A DNA stretch of 64,000 nucleotides, taken from NCBI GenBank assembly GCA_013239625.1, contig MU053482.1:2395168-2459167 (forward strand), written 5' to 3'. Below, in pieces: positions 1-14,660 of the stretch (within the stretch, counting starts at the first letter, position 1; the number at the start of each line of letters is the position of its first letter). The notes below the pieces were generated by a model that did not search any database, was not told the origin of the DNA, and was given only the letters and a program-made list of their open reading frames with translations. A program made the position numbers and the translations under genes. The DNA comes from Lama guanicoe. Taxonomy: Eukaryota.

Positions 1-32
1 AACTATGTCTTCAATGAGTTCCTGGTAGTCCT
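1..32 (-). CDS. SCUBE2: SCUBE2 exon 22, partial (EDYQELIEDIV...), cut by the window edge
   Basis: aaacag|AG GAC TAC CAG GAA CTC ATT GAA GAC ATA GTT continues the exon 21 frame. Confidence 0.93.
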
Positions 33-199
33 CTGTTTGCATAAAGGACATATTTTGCATTTGTATGGCTTAGTTATTTGTCAGCTCACTCTTTCTTTCA
101 TTTTAAAATAAGGTTCTGAGAAATGCCTCCTCTGTAGCTGCCATGAGAACAATGACCCCTCTGGTACTAAGAAGGCAATAGGAGAGAACTTCCACAACC

Positions 200-850
200 C
201 CACCACCTCCGCTCACCCACTGGCATCTGCACCCACCTTTCCTGTTCCTTCTTCCCTCAGACGAGCCCTCTGTGCAGCCAAGGCCCATCCCTCCATTTTG
301 CTTACCCTCTATCTTCTCTCACCAGATCAAGCGCACTGTCCCTGTCCCACTGTCCTTCCTTTCCTACAATGAACATGTTCTCTCTCTGCATCTTTCCCAT
401 CAGCATGCAAACATGCTGTTATGTCTCCAATTAAAAAGACGCTCTCTGAATGATGGAAATGTTAGCCATCTTGATTGTGGTGATGGTTTCATAGGTGTAT
501 ACTGTTACCAAAATTCATCAAATTGTACATCTGAAATACGTGTAGTTTACTGTACAGGAATCATACCACAATAAAGATGGTTAAAAAAAAAAAAGACCCT
601 CTCTTGACCTTACTTCTACCTCCAGCTTCCATCCACGTCTCTGTTCCCCTTTGTAGCAAAACTCCTTGAAAGAAGTGTCAACACTCACTGTCTCTAATTC
701 TTTTCTTTTCTCTCTCAAACCCAGTCCCACCAACCCTGGTCCCCACCATTCCTGCAAAACTCTTGTTGGGTTCACCAGTGATCTCCATGTTGCTATGTCC
801 CAAAGGTCAACTCTTGGTCCACATATTCCTTGATGTTATCAGTAGCATTT
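200..850 (+). mobile_element. L2 remnant (interrupted by the L1 fragment)
   Basis: L2-like GCAAAACTCCTTGAAAGA...TCACCAGTGATCTCCATGTTGCT; boundaries approximate. Confidence 0.65.
448..589 (+). mobile_element. Old L1M 3'-end fragment inserted in an L2
   Basis: TCTTGATTGTGGTGATGGTTTCATAGGTGTATAC..AATAAA..poly(A); TSD AAAAAGAC(G/C)CTCTCT at 433-447 and 590-604. Confidence 0.8.
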
Positions 851-1839
851 CAAGGTTTAGCCTGTTTCTTACAATCATAATTCAAATCAAGCATATACAA
901 AACACAATATTTTTCAAATGCCAGGCAGAAAATAATGCCTCTTTGTATGTATATCATGTGCAACAAAACCAAACAAATCATAAGAACATCATTGGAACTG
1001 TGTGGGAGGAGTTCTTGAAAATGTTTCTCCTAGTCAAGGAAGGGTAGATGGAAATTCATAGGATAATACAATCACTAATTTCACGCATGTACAATATCTC
1101 TGGTACCCTATTCATGTGGTCTCTTCTGATCCTTTTATTTTAGTGAACATAAAATATGTCACATATGAGTAAGGGCACGTTTTCTTTAATCTTGAATTCC
1201 TCTGCTGCAGTCTCCACCTCAAATCCGGAGCTCCCTCTGATGTTGGGAGTTCACCATTAGGGAGTTCACAGCACCATGCCCGCTGCTGTGCTGGAGAGCT
1301 CTTTGCCACTACGCCAAATGCTTCCAGACCGCCATCTTTTAAGATTCCCCCTGCTTTTAAGAACTACTGTGTCTCCTCACTTGCTCCAACCATCATGAGA
1401 AAAGCACTCAAGTGTTGTAGGTAAGAACTGGAGTCCCAAAGTCCCCTGCAACTTTGTCCTGCTGTGATCTTGAGCCAGTTACTTGAATCTCTAAGCCAGA
1501 GTGGCCTCCTGTGTACAATCAGGAAAGGGTCGTGTCTACCGCATGGGCAGCTGCGAGGAATGCGCGGTGTCGAGGGCACTCAGGACGTGCCAGGGCCTCA
1601 TAAGCGCAGCACAGGTCAGCGAGGCTACCGCGCTCCCTGCTCTCCCGGCCAGTGGGCTAGCCTGTGGCAGCCTCAGCTGCCCCTTCTCTGTGATTTCTAT
1701 TCTTCTGGGCTTGAAACCACATATCAAACTTGTCTGAAATAGATGTTGAAGTTAAAAATTAAATAGGCTCTGAGCGAGGACCCGAAAAGGCCTCTGCATG
1801 GCCAAAGCAGCAGTTGTTGCTTTTTAATTTTCAATTTAT

Positions 1840-1994
1840 TTATTTTTACTTTTTTGTTTCTTTGTTTTGTTTGGGAGAGGGGATTAGGTTTTTTTGTTTG
1901 TTTGATTTAGTGGAGGTACTGGGGATTGAACCCAGGACCTTATGCATGCTAAGCACACTACAACTGAGCAATACCCTCCCCTTTCCCTCCCCCC
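1840..1994 (-). mobile_element. tRNA-derived SINE, camelid Vic-1-type
   Basis: Minus strand reads GGGAGGGTATTGCTCAGTTGTAG...GGTCCTGGGTTCAATCCCCAGTACCTCC (A/B boxes), then an A/C-rich tail. Confidence 0.85.
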
Positions 1995-2469
1995 AAAGAA
2001 GCCGTTTTCAACTTTTTTCTGCTGTGACGTGTGCCAGGCACACTCTCATGGGCCTAACCAGGGTTATGTGTAGCATCCTCTGGTTCGAGCTACAACTCTT
2101 TATTTGAATTAAAAAAAAAATCAAGACATTTTCATGCGACACAGAGTTGAAAACACCTGGACAAAAGTGTATGAGTTTTGGTGACATTTACTCTGGAGTC
2201 TCCGTGGCTTTTTGGTTCCTTCCTGATTCCAGAAAGGGAGGCTGTCAGCTGGCTGCCATCAGGGAGATAAGGTTCTCTGTGTCTCAGCAAAGCACATGGG
2301 AGCCACGTGTCTCCACCTAGGAGTCTGATACCAAGAGCCCTTGTCTCGGTGTCTGACATGGTTTCAGGCACAGGGATGATGATTCTAGCTTTTGTCACAT
2401 GTAAATAAACTCTGTGAGGTGTTTTAAGGAAATCCATAGAATACTGTCTTTCCAAAACACCTACTTTTG

Positions 2470-2990
2470 GCACTTGCCTGCCTAAAAACCTTCAATGGCC
2501 CCCTAAAAGATTAGGTCTACCCCCCTGAGTTTGGCACTCAAGGCTCTTCACAGCCTAACCCCACCCTATTCTAATCTCATTCTCCTGCTAAGCCCTATGC
2601 ACCTTACCAACTAGCCAAATCAGGCTTTTCATCAGCCCCCAACATGCTGAATACTCCATCCTTTGGCCTATGTCACTCCCTTTCTTTGAATGTTCTTCCT
2701 CCTATTTATATGAAAATTTATATATTCTTTCAAGACCCAAATCTCTTGAGGATTTGCTCTACTCTTTCCAAAAACCCATGCAAAATTAGCTGCTGCCCCT
2801 TCCTCTCCTCACACAGAGCTTTGTCCATGCCCATTATAGCATCTATGACACTATATGCTTTTTTGTGTCTGTGTCACTAACTATGTTGTCTCCAGCACCT
2901 CACCCAATATCTGGCATAGTAGATGCTCATTAAATATTTGTTGCATGAAAAAAATATTTGTTGCATGGATGAATGAATACATTCATGATG
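2470..2990 (+). mobile_element. L2 3'-end remnant
   Basis: Ends TGGCATAGTAGATGCTCATTAAATATTTGTTG..GAATGAAT; approximate. Confidence 0.6.
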
Positions 2991-3254
2991 AACAGATGAT
3001 TCTTCCCCCAGTAGATCAGGAGGTCCCCCAGGACAAGGTCCAATTCATTTTGTATTCCTAGTAAATGTTTGTTACCCAAGGCTCAGTGCTAAGTAGGGCC
3101 CCAGGGCTCACATGGGCCACCCCTTCATTTAACAAGAAGAAAATAAAACCAGAGAAGTCATCTAACTTGCCCCAAATCACACAGCAAATTAGTGGCAGAG
3201 AGTGGACCAGAACTCAGGTCTTTTCCCCCTCCTTAGGATTCCGTATAGCAAAAG

Positions 3255-3480
3255 CCACAATCGTAATAAGTTATTATTTATTGAGCATCTACCATGTGCC
3301 AGGCGCCACACCAAGTCCTCTGTGGATTATCCCACAGAACTCTTACATTAAGTCTAGTGACTATCCTCATTTACACATTAAGAAAATGAAGCTTAGAGAT
3401 GTAAGTAGCATAACACAAAATCACAGAAGAGATCATACCCAGCCTGGCTGACTCCAACGCCTATGTTCTTACCCACCCAA
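3255..3480 (-). mobile_element. MIR SINE
   Basis: TTTATTGAGCATCTACCATGTGCCAGGC...ATCCTCATTTACA..AAGAAAATGAAGCTTAGAGA. Confidence 0.65.
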
Positions 3481-3633
3481 CTATGCTCACTTTTATTTAC
3501 TTTCTAAAACATCTTTCTATCCCTGCAGTCAGTGTGCCCGAATGCCTGTTGAAAATTTGGCACCTGTGAGTCAGCAGTGTCCTTTCTCCTTATCCTGCCC
3601 CCTTTCTGAGCATGTGTGCCTGTCAGCAGTTCA

Positions 3634-3948
<315 letters not shown>

Positions 3949-4374
3949 TCACAGCACACCACTCACATCGCAAATCAAGTTATGCTGAAGGGCTCTTCAG
4001 GACCAGCTGAGCCATTGAAAGGGCCACAGTCCCGGAAGTCGTGTAGATGTAGCTGGTGATTGTGGGCCCCAGGGAAGGCTCACTGGCAGGCCCACGGCTG
4101 GCAAACAGCAGCAGCCCAGGCTGCAGCAGCCATTGAAGGAGCTGAGGACACAGCCCTCACGTTCCAGAGCCAACCTGCTGTAACCTGGTGGTAATCACCA
4201 CCGCTCGCTGCACGCTTCCTGAGACCAGGCAGCGTGCTAGCACTTTATCTCGCTCAAACCCCTGAAAAACATAGGAAGTTCTCACTTACAGAGGGATTCA
4301 ATACTTGCCCAGGGTCACACAGCCAGTATGTGGAAAAAAATCAGGATTCAAACCCACACCTGACTTCAGACATT

Positions 4375-4640
4375 GTAACCACTAATAAGACATAGCAAAC
4401 ACCTAGTGGCTCCATGTGTCATTATTATTCCAAGTGCTTTACAACTACAAACTCATTTCTTCCTCATGATAACCCTATGAGGTAGCAGCTCTTATTGTCC
4501 TCACTTTAACAGATGAGCAATCTGAGGCACAGAAAGTTCCAGAATGTATTCCCAAGATCACAGAACTAATAAGATGTGGGGCTGGGATTCAGATCCAGAC
4601 AGCCTGGCTACAGAGCCCCCTCACTACACTGCCTCTAAGC
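4375..4640 (-). mobile_element. MIR SINE
   Basis: AACCCTATGAGGTAG...ACAGATGAGCAATCTGAGGCACAGA...GGATTCAGATCCAGACAG. Confidence 0.7.
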
Positions 4641-5012
4641 AGCATCCCTTTCTGGGCACATGGTCATGAATCAGGCTGGACCATGCCCTTGGCCGTGGTC
4701 AGTTCCCAAGCCACAAGCTACTTCCCAGGGTGAGGCAAGTGTCTGGGATCAGCCCTGCGTGAGCTTCACTGACACTCCATGTCCTTGTGGACGAGGGTCC
4801 CCAATGAGCACCGAGGGGAAAACTGACTTGCGGGATCACTGCCTCTAGGGTTCAGCAAGAGGCCTCAACGTGTGTTTTTGGTCTAAATTTTGTTTCTTGG
4901 CAAACTCTATAAACTCACATCCCATCTCTGTTTGAATACAGAGGTGACATTCCAGAACTGCTTCTCCCATTTAAGCCAGGCAGCATGCCACCAGGCTTCC
5001 CAGCTGGCCTCA

Positions 5013-5264
<252 letters not shown>

Positions 5265-6267
5265 TTATGAAGGCACGACACAGCCGTCATTCTGTCCTGA
5301 CCAGAGCCAGCTCAGCTGAGGAGAGTCACTGCGTCCCTATGGCCCTCAAGGAACAGAGCCTGGAGATGTGTCTACCCCATAATGCCCAGGACCCCCTGGG
5401 AGCCCACACAGAGCCCACCCCTCCGAGTTCCCAGGGTACATTTTCTCATTAACTTGAAGGCATTCAAGGTCAGAGACAGGTGTTTATGAAACAAAAGGAT
5501 AACTTTAGTCTTCCGATTTTGTTTACACAGTCCAAGTGCCAGGAGAACCCATGACATAAGACTCGTAGGTCTTTCAAAATAAGGAGAATAGAGCTACTGC
5601 TCAGCAGAGGAAATCTGACCCTTTCCTAGTGATCTTTGACGAGGACGTGACAGCCACATTCTTTTATGTTTCTCTCTGGTCAAGGCCATGCTTTATTTTT
5701 AAGTGAAGAAGAGAATTCCATTTAGCTCTCAGTCAGTAAGGGGCATGCTGGATACTCACCTCTAGCACCAAAGGCAAGGAGCACACACACTTGTGGGTAC
5801 ACATACACACACACACACACCACCTCAGCCATATCTTCATTCATTGAACCTCCACTCATCCAACAAATATTCTTGTCTTCAAGGCGCTTATTGTTTAAAA
5901 CTGTCAGGTGAACCTGGGCAGGAGAAGAGGTTGAAGGGATAACCTTTCTTCTCTCTGATTGTAACTGGGATTTATTCTTCTCAGTAGAAAAAAATAAAAT
6001 AAAGAGACTTTTGTTCCTGGAGCAAAAAGCAGGAGGGGAGAGTCATGGAGTCAAGAAAACTGCATCCCAGCCCGAAGGGCGACCTGTGGCTCCGAAGAGC
6101 CAACCAAGGACCAGGGGTGGGAAGACAAGGAAACAGATTCCGTCTTGGTGGGGGGAAGAATCTTGTCACACTGTAAACTTCCCAAATGTAACCTACCAGC
6201 AGACGAGGATATTCCGAGTAGCAGAAAGCTCCTTGTCAAGGCAGGGGCTCTCTCTGCAATCCCATCA

Positions 6268-6810
<543 letters not shown>

Positions 6811-7385
6811 TTATCAAATGCAACACAAAAGGTTTCACAGTTCGTGAAAGAAATGTTCATGCTCAAATGAAGTACTGCTTTCCTACTAATCTGGGGCTAA
6901 TCCACACTTAATTCCCTAAATAGCCAGCTTGGGTGGGACTTGTGACTCATGACACTGAGAAAAACACAAAGGGAAAAAGGTATGGGTGTATCGTCTGAGT
7001 TTACGGTCCATGCAATGCTCACAGCTAGAGTCTTCACGCACAGGGTGCTTGTGAGCGTGCAGGGTGTAGATCTGACACCAGGCTCCTGCAGGGACAGTGG
7101 AGTGGGGCCCTGGAGAAGGGGTAGGGCCTGTCTGCAGGGGCGCGCTCCAGGTAAGGGTGTGGACATAGAGGGAGCTGTGGACTAAACCTGCCCATCCTCC
7201 CTGGTCGGTGGTCCCTGCAGTCAGCCCCGTCTGAAGGGGCCAAGGTGGCTGGAGGGGGGCAGTGGGGGACAGTGTCTAGGAGTTCTCGTGCCCCTTGCAC
7301 ATCCTGCAGGGGCAAATGGCCCTGGAGACCTGGCCTCCCTGTCACTGGGGCACCACACGGGGCATCTCGGGGCTGGGCTTGATCA

Positions 7386-7691
<306 letters not shown>

Positions 7692-8607
7692 TCAGGCCTG
7701 TCACCCTGTGCTGACCTCAGCTCCCACCTCAGTGAGGAGAGCCTGTCCTGCCCTGCTGCTGACCCTGTCTAGGTCACACAAGAGTGCCTGAAGCTGACAT
7801 GCAGGGCTACACAGCACAGTGCAAAGGTGGAAGCCAAGGATAACAGGTCAAAGATATGGTAGGAGTCACACGGTCAATCTGAGGATCTGATTTTTAAACC
7901 AGAAAAGGTCCTGCAGTTGAGTTTGGAGTCATGAAGGTGGGAACTAAAGCTGGGATTCACTGGAAGGGGAGGCAGGGCTCCGGTGCACTCTGCCGTGGAC
8001 ATCCCCTACAAATCGCCACATCAAATCACACCTTTCATTTGAGTCCACAGAGTGTCAGTACAGCTGTCCCTTCTGTTTAATAAAGACAGTTACCAATAAA
8101 ATAAATAAGTCCGCAGAACCTAAGTACGAGTGGTTCCAGAGTTAAAATTTTATTAGAGACAAATAAAAACTCTTAAAACTGAGTTTTAACAAAATAACCA
8201 GATGAACATATTTTAAAAAAATCAATAAGCTCTGACTTTGAGACTAAAGCTGGAAGAATAATCAGGGCTACTTTCTCCATTTTTTGACACTTTCAGCCCC
8301 TACACACTGGGGGATCACTCAGGTGGTATCTATATACAGTGATTCAATATGCAGTTGCAACATTTACACATTTTTTTCTGCCAAGGTATTCTATAAGATC
8401 ATTTATTTGTTCAAGTGAGCATCAGCGCAGCATGTGTCAGGCACAGAACTAGGCTCTGAGAGCCAAGAATGAGCCCAGTACAGTCCCTGCTCGTAGGAAT
8501 TCCATGGTGCAGAGTGCATCATCTGCACTGAAATGCTACTTATGCCTTCCATCTACACAATGATACCAGAGACTGCAGGAGGAAGAAGGGGCAGACAGAA
8601 TTCTTAC

Positions 8608-8778
8608 CTCCACATTCAGACACATTCCAAGCTTCCAGGGTCTTTAGGGCCCCAGGATTTTCTGGTCTTGGGCATGGTTCACATGTGACTTGTCCCTCCT
8701 CAGTTTGGTAGGTTCCGTTTGGACATAAAATGCAGCGTTCTTGTGCTCCATCATAATATGTCCCAGCCCTGCAACTGA
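8608..8778 (-). CDS. SCUBE2: SCUBE2 exon 17, Cys-rich repeat ([57 protein letters not shown])
   Basis: gctag| ... |gtaaga; 171 nt; translated by hand; follows a 12.25-kb intron. Confidence 0.96.
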
Positions 8779-11700
8779 CTAGCCAAAGGGGGAAATGATC
8801 TGGTCAGTGAGAGACAGAGGCCAAGGAAGGATAATGTGAGTGCCAGAGATGAAGGTAAACAGATGGCTTTGACCCAACACCTCCCCAATCAACCCCTCTG
8901 AATACAGAATGTGTGCCACCTCTGGGTTCCCTGAGCACACCCCTCTGCCAAGATCCTTGTCATTCACTGTAAAAGGCATTTACAGGTCCTCTCTCCCTAG
9001 ACCATGAGCTTCTTGGGAACCAGGATCACAGTGGCCCTAATTATTTTTGAGCACAAGCACTTAATGACATTCCCTACTTAACAAGGCTGTCAGAAGGAGT
9101 AAAAAGGTGAAAATAATTCATTAAATATAGGGCTGGTGCTGGAAGAATAGAGGGGGTGCTGTTAATTCTGGCTGGTGGCATCTCGGAAGGCTTCCTAGAA
9201 GAAGCCACGTTTGTGTCAGGCCTTGAAGGATGAGTAGGAGCTCCCCAGATAAAAAAGGGGGCAGGTGAAGATTCATGCCTAACATGTGGGAGGAAAGGGA
9301 AGAAAGGATAGACTGAAAAAGTCCTTGAATGCCAGGCATTTGGATTTTATCCTGCAGGTGAAGAAGCCATCGAAAGGTGAGGAATACCACCAGAAGCTGT
9401 GTTTTGAAAAGATCACTCTCTGTCGGTTGTGGGGAGGGTGATCTCAAGGGTCTTCAGATAAGCTCTGCAAAATAGCATGCTTCATATTTGTAATAAAATT
9501 AATCCATTACAGAGAGTAAACCCTGGTAAACGTCTCCTGAAAGAGTCAACTACAAGGAAATGAATAAACTGTGCTTCTGATTATATTTGGTGTTATCAGC
9601 TAAACATGGGCTTATATCTTATTTTAGGATAGGAACCGAAAGTAAATATACTGAATTTTGGGTTCCCTGGTGTAATATTTAAACATCATCATAACCATCA
9701 TAACAGCCTTTCTGATGACTGACGTTCAGTACTCAGCGAGCTACTAGACACCATGCCACAAGCTTGACACGTGTTCTCTCTCTTAAGCCCTGGAAACAGC
9801 CTGAAGGAACAACCTATGATTAGCACCAGTGCACAGAAACAGAAACTTAGGGATGTCAAATAATTCTGCCAAGATCCCACAGCTAATCTGTGAAATCCAC
9901 CTAAAGTGAGATCAAGAGCTTTGAGTTTAAAGAGGAACAAGGTCATTGAACAAAAATGTAGACTGAATCTCAATTACAGACTTTGCCAAGAATTCTCTAT
10001 GGGGTATCAGGGGAGTTTGACTGGAATAAACACATACTCTTTTATACCTAAGCAAGAAATAGAAAACAAAATATCACTTGATAAAAGTAGCTATTATAGC
10101 TCTTGAATGTGTGTAAGGGGGAATACTGGTTTTCATTCTAGCCTACAAATGTAATTTGCATATGTAGTTTTAGCGTTAAACATGGCAAAGTTCTCTGTTA
10201 CCAGTAATAAAAGTGTCTTCTCATTATTTACTCCATAATCTAAAGAAAGCAAAAATCAGGCTTCTTAAAAAATCATAGTAAGCCAAAATACGCCACATTT
10301 CCAATATTACTTCTCCAATTAAATGCAATCAATAAAGTCTGCTCTAAAGTAATACTTGATATTTTTTTATATTGCTTGGATTTTCCTTTATAATATTCAT
10401 ATATCATTTTAACTTAAGTTTATGTTTTTTTTTAAAAATTAAAAGTGAATCAAACTCTTGCTTTCTTGGCAAACAACATTATCATGAGGATAGTGCAGAG
10501 AACTGTGGCAGACAGAGCCAGTAATTCCAGACTGAGTCTCTAAATGCAGCCCTACTAGGTAATGGTTTCCATAATTACTCTGGTTTCAGCTCATCTCCCA
10601 TGAAAAGCTGCGCCGAATTATGTGCTAGGAATTTGTGGCTTTTTATCCTGTATCTCACCTGACTATCCCAGGGCCTACAGCAGGCCAGTGCACGAGAGCA
10701 TAACCCCTGCAGGGCTGTAACAACCCAACTGTCATGAAGACTAGCAGAAAGTAAATAAAACCAAGCCCCTCCAGCCCAAGCTATTTCCATTTTGGGGACA
10801 GCTGTTACCACAACACTCACTCACCTAAAGGGACAGTGCCCATGCGATGGCAAGGATTCCAGTGGCCTCATGAGTCATAACTCAGACTCAGATCAGCTCA
10901 ATCTGTTCCATCCCAGTTCCTCTGGCAGAAAACAATCCCCTCCACGGGTGGACGAGAATCGTTCTCACTGCAAAGAGGAACTGGATGGCCTCTCGCTGCT
11001 CTGGGTGTCCACGCCTCCTTAGAACTACTGAACCCCCACCCCACACACCTTTGAAAAGTTACATTTTGTGAAGCCTCATAATCTCCCACATCTGTTGCAA
11101 TTTCTCAAGTGAGCAGAGGACTGAGAAATGCCCTTTGGGCTGCCGGGTTCTTTGTTCTCACAGTAAAAGACCTGCTCCACGGAAACACACTCAGCTTGTC
11201 ACTCACAGTTTCCATTTCCCTTCCAGAGAAAGAATCCACGCCAAGCCCCTTCCACATTCACTTGTTTCTTTCACAAGGTAAAAATGAGCTAAATACGAAA
11301 AAGCGATCCTGAAATGCCATAAAGAAATGTCTGAAAACAGCTCTTTGCAAAAGTGCTGCAGATCTGGCCTACAGAGACCTGGATCCCAGTCCCAGTGGCC
11401 TCTCTCTCCTTGAGCAGCCGGCTTGTTTGCTGCCCCAGACAAAGGAGTCAGTCGACCCCAGAACACTTCACGATCACAGCAAAGCTTTTGTGTGTCTTCA
11501 GTGACCATTAAAATCCGATTCTCAAATCCAGCACAGCTGTTTTCTCCCCTCTTCAAAAAAAAAAAAAACAAGAAAGCTTTTCTGATGCAAAAGGGAGAGA
11601 CCAGTGGGGACCAGGATTAATGGTGACGAAGAGACCTAAGGCTGGCCTTCTTTTCAACACCACGGCCTTTGAGCATTTCAGGCTATGGACAAACACATGG

Positions 11701-12229
11701 TCTCTCTACAGCTCAGATGGTGAACCCAATAAAAGAGGTCACCCTCCAGCATCTGTTTTCTTAAGAATCACACCCTGACTTCTGAGAGCCCCGGGCAGCC
11801 CACTCGAATTCCCAGGGTCTCCTGGAGCCCACGCGTTGCCACAGCTCAGAGACGTGGTGCTCGAGGCAGAGGTGTGGCTTCAGGATCCTGGGCTGAACCC
11901 CTTTCACATGTTTCAGGATAACAGGAGATAGCACCCCCTCGTGCTAAGAGGCGGACTTGTCGCTCTGTCCAGGGTTTTGGTGTGTGCTCAGAACATTCTT
12001 ACAGTTGGGGCAGCGAGCTGAGCCCCACTTGGCGCCTTCCCTGCTGCGTTCCCCAGGGCCTCCACATTTTCTTCATGCCTAGTGAGTGGGGCTGAGATTT
12101 CACTCCCTGTAGAGTACCTCTTTTGCCCTCAATTTAAGTATCTCCCCCAAAGATTTGCCCTTTGCTCTCTTTTCTCTTAATATGAGCAACTATCCTTGGG
12201 ATTTCATCTGCTGTCCCTGGGAAGACTTA

Positions 12230-13250
12230 TCTACTCACTTACGTAAATACTTAGCCCTGCGGGGAGGATACAGCTCAGTGGTAGAGAATGCTTAGCACAT
12301 GCGAGGCCCTGGGTTCCTCCATTTTAAAAAAATTGAAAATTAATTAATTAATTAAAATTTTTAAAACCTAATCCCCCCCCCCAACAATACTTAGCCCTGA
12401 CTATGTGCTGAGTCTGTTCTAGGAGCTAGAGATACAGTAGAGAAGAAGACAGACACGGCCCTGCCCTAAAGGGGCTCTTATTCTAGTGGAGAATATGGCC
12501 AATAAATGAGCAAACAAATAAATATACAGTAGAATGCTAACTAGAGGTAAGTGCAACGGAGAAAAGTAAAACAGGGGAGGAGGGGAAGGAAGAGAGTGAT
12601 GGGGGTGGAGCTTGCATGAATGCTATTTTAGAAGAGCAGCCAGGAAATGGCCTCTCTGAGCAGAGATCAGTGTGAAATGAGGGCCACAGCCTCGTGACGG
12701 TATTGCCTAATACCAAAAAGCCAGTGTAGCAGGAACACAGTGAAAGGGGCTGGGTGATAAGAGACAAACTCTAAAAGCAAGCAAGGGCCAGACTACCGAG
12801 GTTCTCGAAGGTCATGGTAAGAAAATGAGACCATACTTGAAGCGTGCTGGAGGTCTTGCATGGGGCGGTGATATGATCTGACTTATGTGTGTGTGGAGAA
12901 GAGACGGAAGGCAGGCCAGCCTGAGGGGAACAATTCAGAGCCTATCGCAGTAGACCGGGCGGGAGATGGCGGTGGTGTGGAACAGAGAGTTACTAACGGA
13001 GGGAGGGAAAGCCAGTTAGACTTGGGATAGACTCTGAGGACAGATCCCACAGGATTTGCTAATGGATCCCATAAGGAGCATGACAGAACAAGAAGACTGA
13101 GGTTTTCAACGTGAGCAACTGGGCAAACAGGGATGCCAGTCATGCAGATGAGGCAGAAGCAGGTTTTATTTTGGAGGGAGGGAGAATAAAATGTTTTGTT
13201 TAGACACGTTGAGTGTTAGATACTTTTGGCCATGCAAGTGGGGAGGCATT
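12230..13250 (-). mobile_element. L2 remnant hosting the SINE at 12260
   Basis: Reverse-oriented L2 3' end followed by purine-rich L2 body; approximate. Confidence 0.65.
12260..12385 (+). mobile_element. tRNA-derived SINE, Vic-1-type, with 14-bp TSD
   Basis: GGGGAGGATACAGCTCAGTGGTAGAG head; TSD AATACTTAGCCCTG at 12246-12259 and 12386-12399. Confidence 0.88.
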
Positions 13251-13849
13251 GACTGACTTGCTTCTTTTCAGTGTCTTGAGAAGAATTTCAGTTTAATTAT
13301 GGGTCATTGAATAGATTTCCTGATTATATTATCTAGTTTCAACCAAACTAACGATCACAAAATAGAAAGCAGCTTCAAATGATTCCTATAGAAACCCTGG
13401 AAGTGAAGCAGGACCAGCGATGCAGGCGCAGGTGAACAAGAGGGAAGGACAGAGCTGACACAGCTTGTTCTTCTGGTACTAGCCCTTGTCAAACCACATC
13501 ATGAGGTAGAAAGAGTTATGATTTAATCAGACTGGACAAGAGTTGAGACAAAACACTAGCAATGAACAAAAAGTCTATTTGAAAAATGATCTACAACCAC
13601 TACTGTTAACAATGAACCTTGCCAGGCTGTAAACACAGTACCTTCAGAGGCTAGCCAGCTATTTAAAATTTTGTTTATTCAATCTGTATCTCATTCTTCT
13701 ACTTTTATGATGTACACAATATATTAGCCAATAGTACAAGTCTGTAATTTTAAAATAAGTAAACACTCATAAATGTTTTACTGTGTGTATGGGTGTGTGT
13801 GTGAGATCAAAAATGTTCAGCCCTTTTGGGACAGAGAAGTCCACCACTC

Positions 13850-14660
13850 AAACAGAGGTCAGGGGTGGAGAGGGCAGTTTGGGCATCACCAGTGTATGGC
13901 AGAATTTAAAGCCATGGCACTGGAAGGGATGGATCACCCAGGAGAGGGTGAAGATAAGGGAGAGGCATGGAGGACTGAGACCTGGGATCCTTGATGTTTA
14001 GAGATCAAAAATTCGGTGAGCATGGAAAATGAAAAGGGAGCAGCTGGTGAAGCAGGAGGAGAACCAGAGTGTGTGGTGTGTGAAACCCATGAGAAAAGTT
14101 TCCAGGAGGAGGGAGCGATCAGCAGAGTCTGAGGGAGAGCTGGCAACTGGATTTGGTCACGTGAAGGTTGTTAAAAATCTTGGCAAAAGCCATTTCGTTG
14201 GAGAGGCTGGGAATGAAAACCAGATTGGCTAGAGTTGAAGAGAAAATGGTCGGTGAGAGAGCGAGTTTAGACAAGTCTTTGAAGGAGTTTGGCTGTATGG
14301 GGGTCAAAGAAAGGAGGCCGTATCTGGAGAGAAGCAGGAAGCCACACAGGTGGACTTAGTCGGTTTGTAAGACAGGAGGTAGGTTTGTGTGCCCTTGAAA
14401 ACGACCCCATAGAGGAGGAGAATTCTGAGATGGGGGTCGGTGGGGACAACAGTGGGAGCAGCGTTCCTGAGCCGGTGAGAGGGAGTGGGCTCCAGGGCCC
14501 AGGGGAGGAGTTTGCCTTCGGCAGAAGCATGGGAGCATGGGCTGCTCATCCAGTTTCAAAAGGAGACTAGACAGAGCACGTGTGGACAGACGCAGGAGAG
14601 GAGGGTCAGTCTGCAAGTGGAGAAGTGAGGTCGTTTTCCTAGACTCCCACTTTTCTGCCT
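13850..14660 (-). mobile_element. L2 remnant
   Basis: AGACAAGTCTTTGAAGGAGTTTGGCTGTA resembles the reverse complement of the L2 at 200-850; approximate. Confidence 0.6.

Noticed and set aside
1243..1300. Direct repeat GGGAGTTCAC x2 and a small CAGCAC/GTGCTG stem
   Set aside because: Too short, and it matches no RNA family or response-element spacing I recognise.
10870..10878. AP-1 motif ATGAGTCAT and about ten other TGA(G/C)TCA sites
   Set aside because: The count is near the chance expectation of about 8 and shows no convincing clustering.
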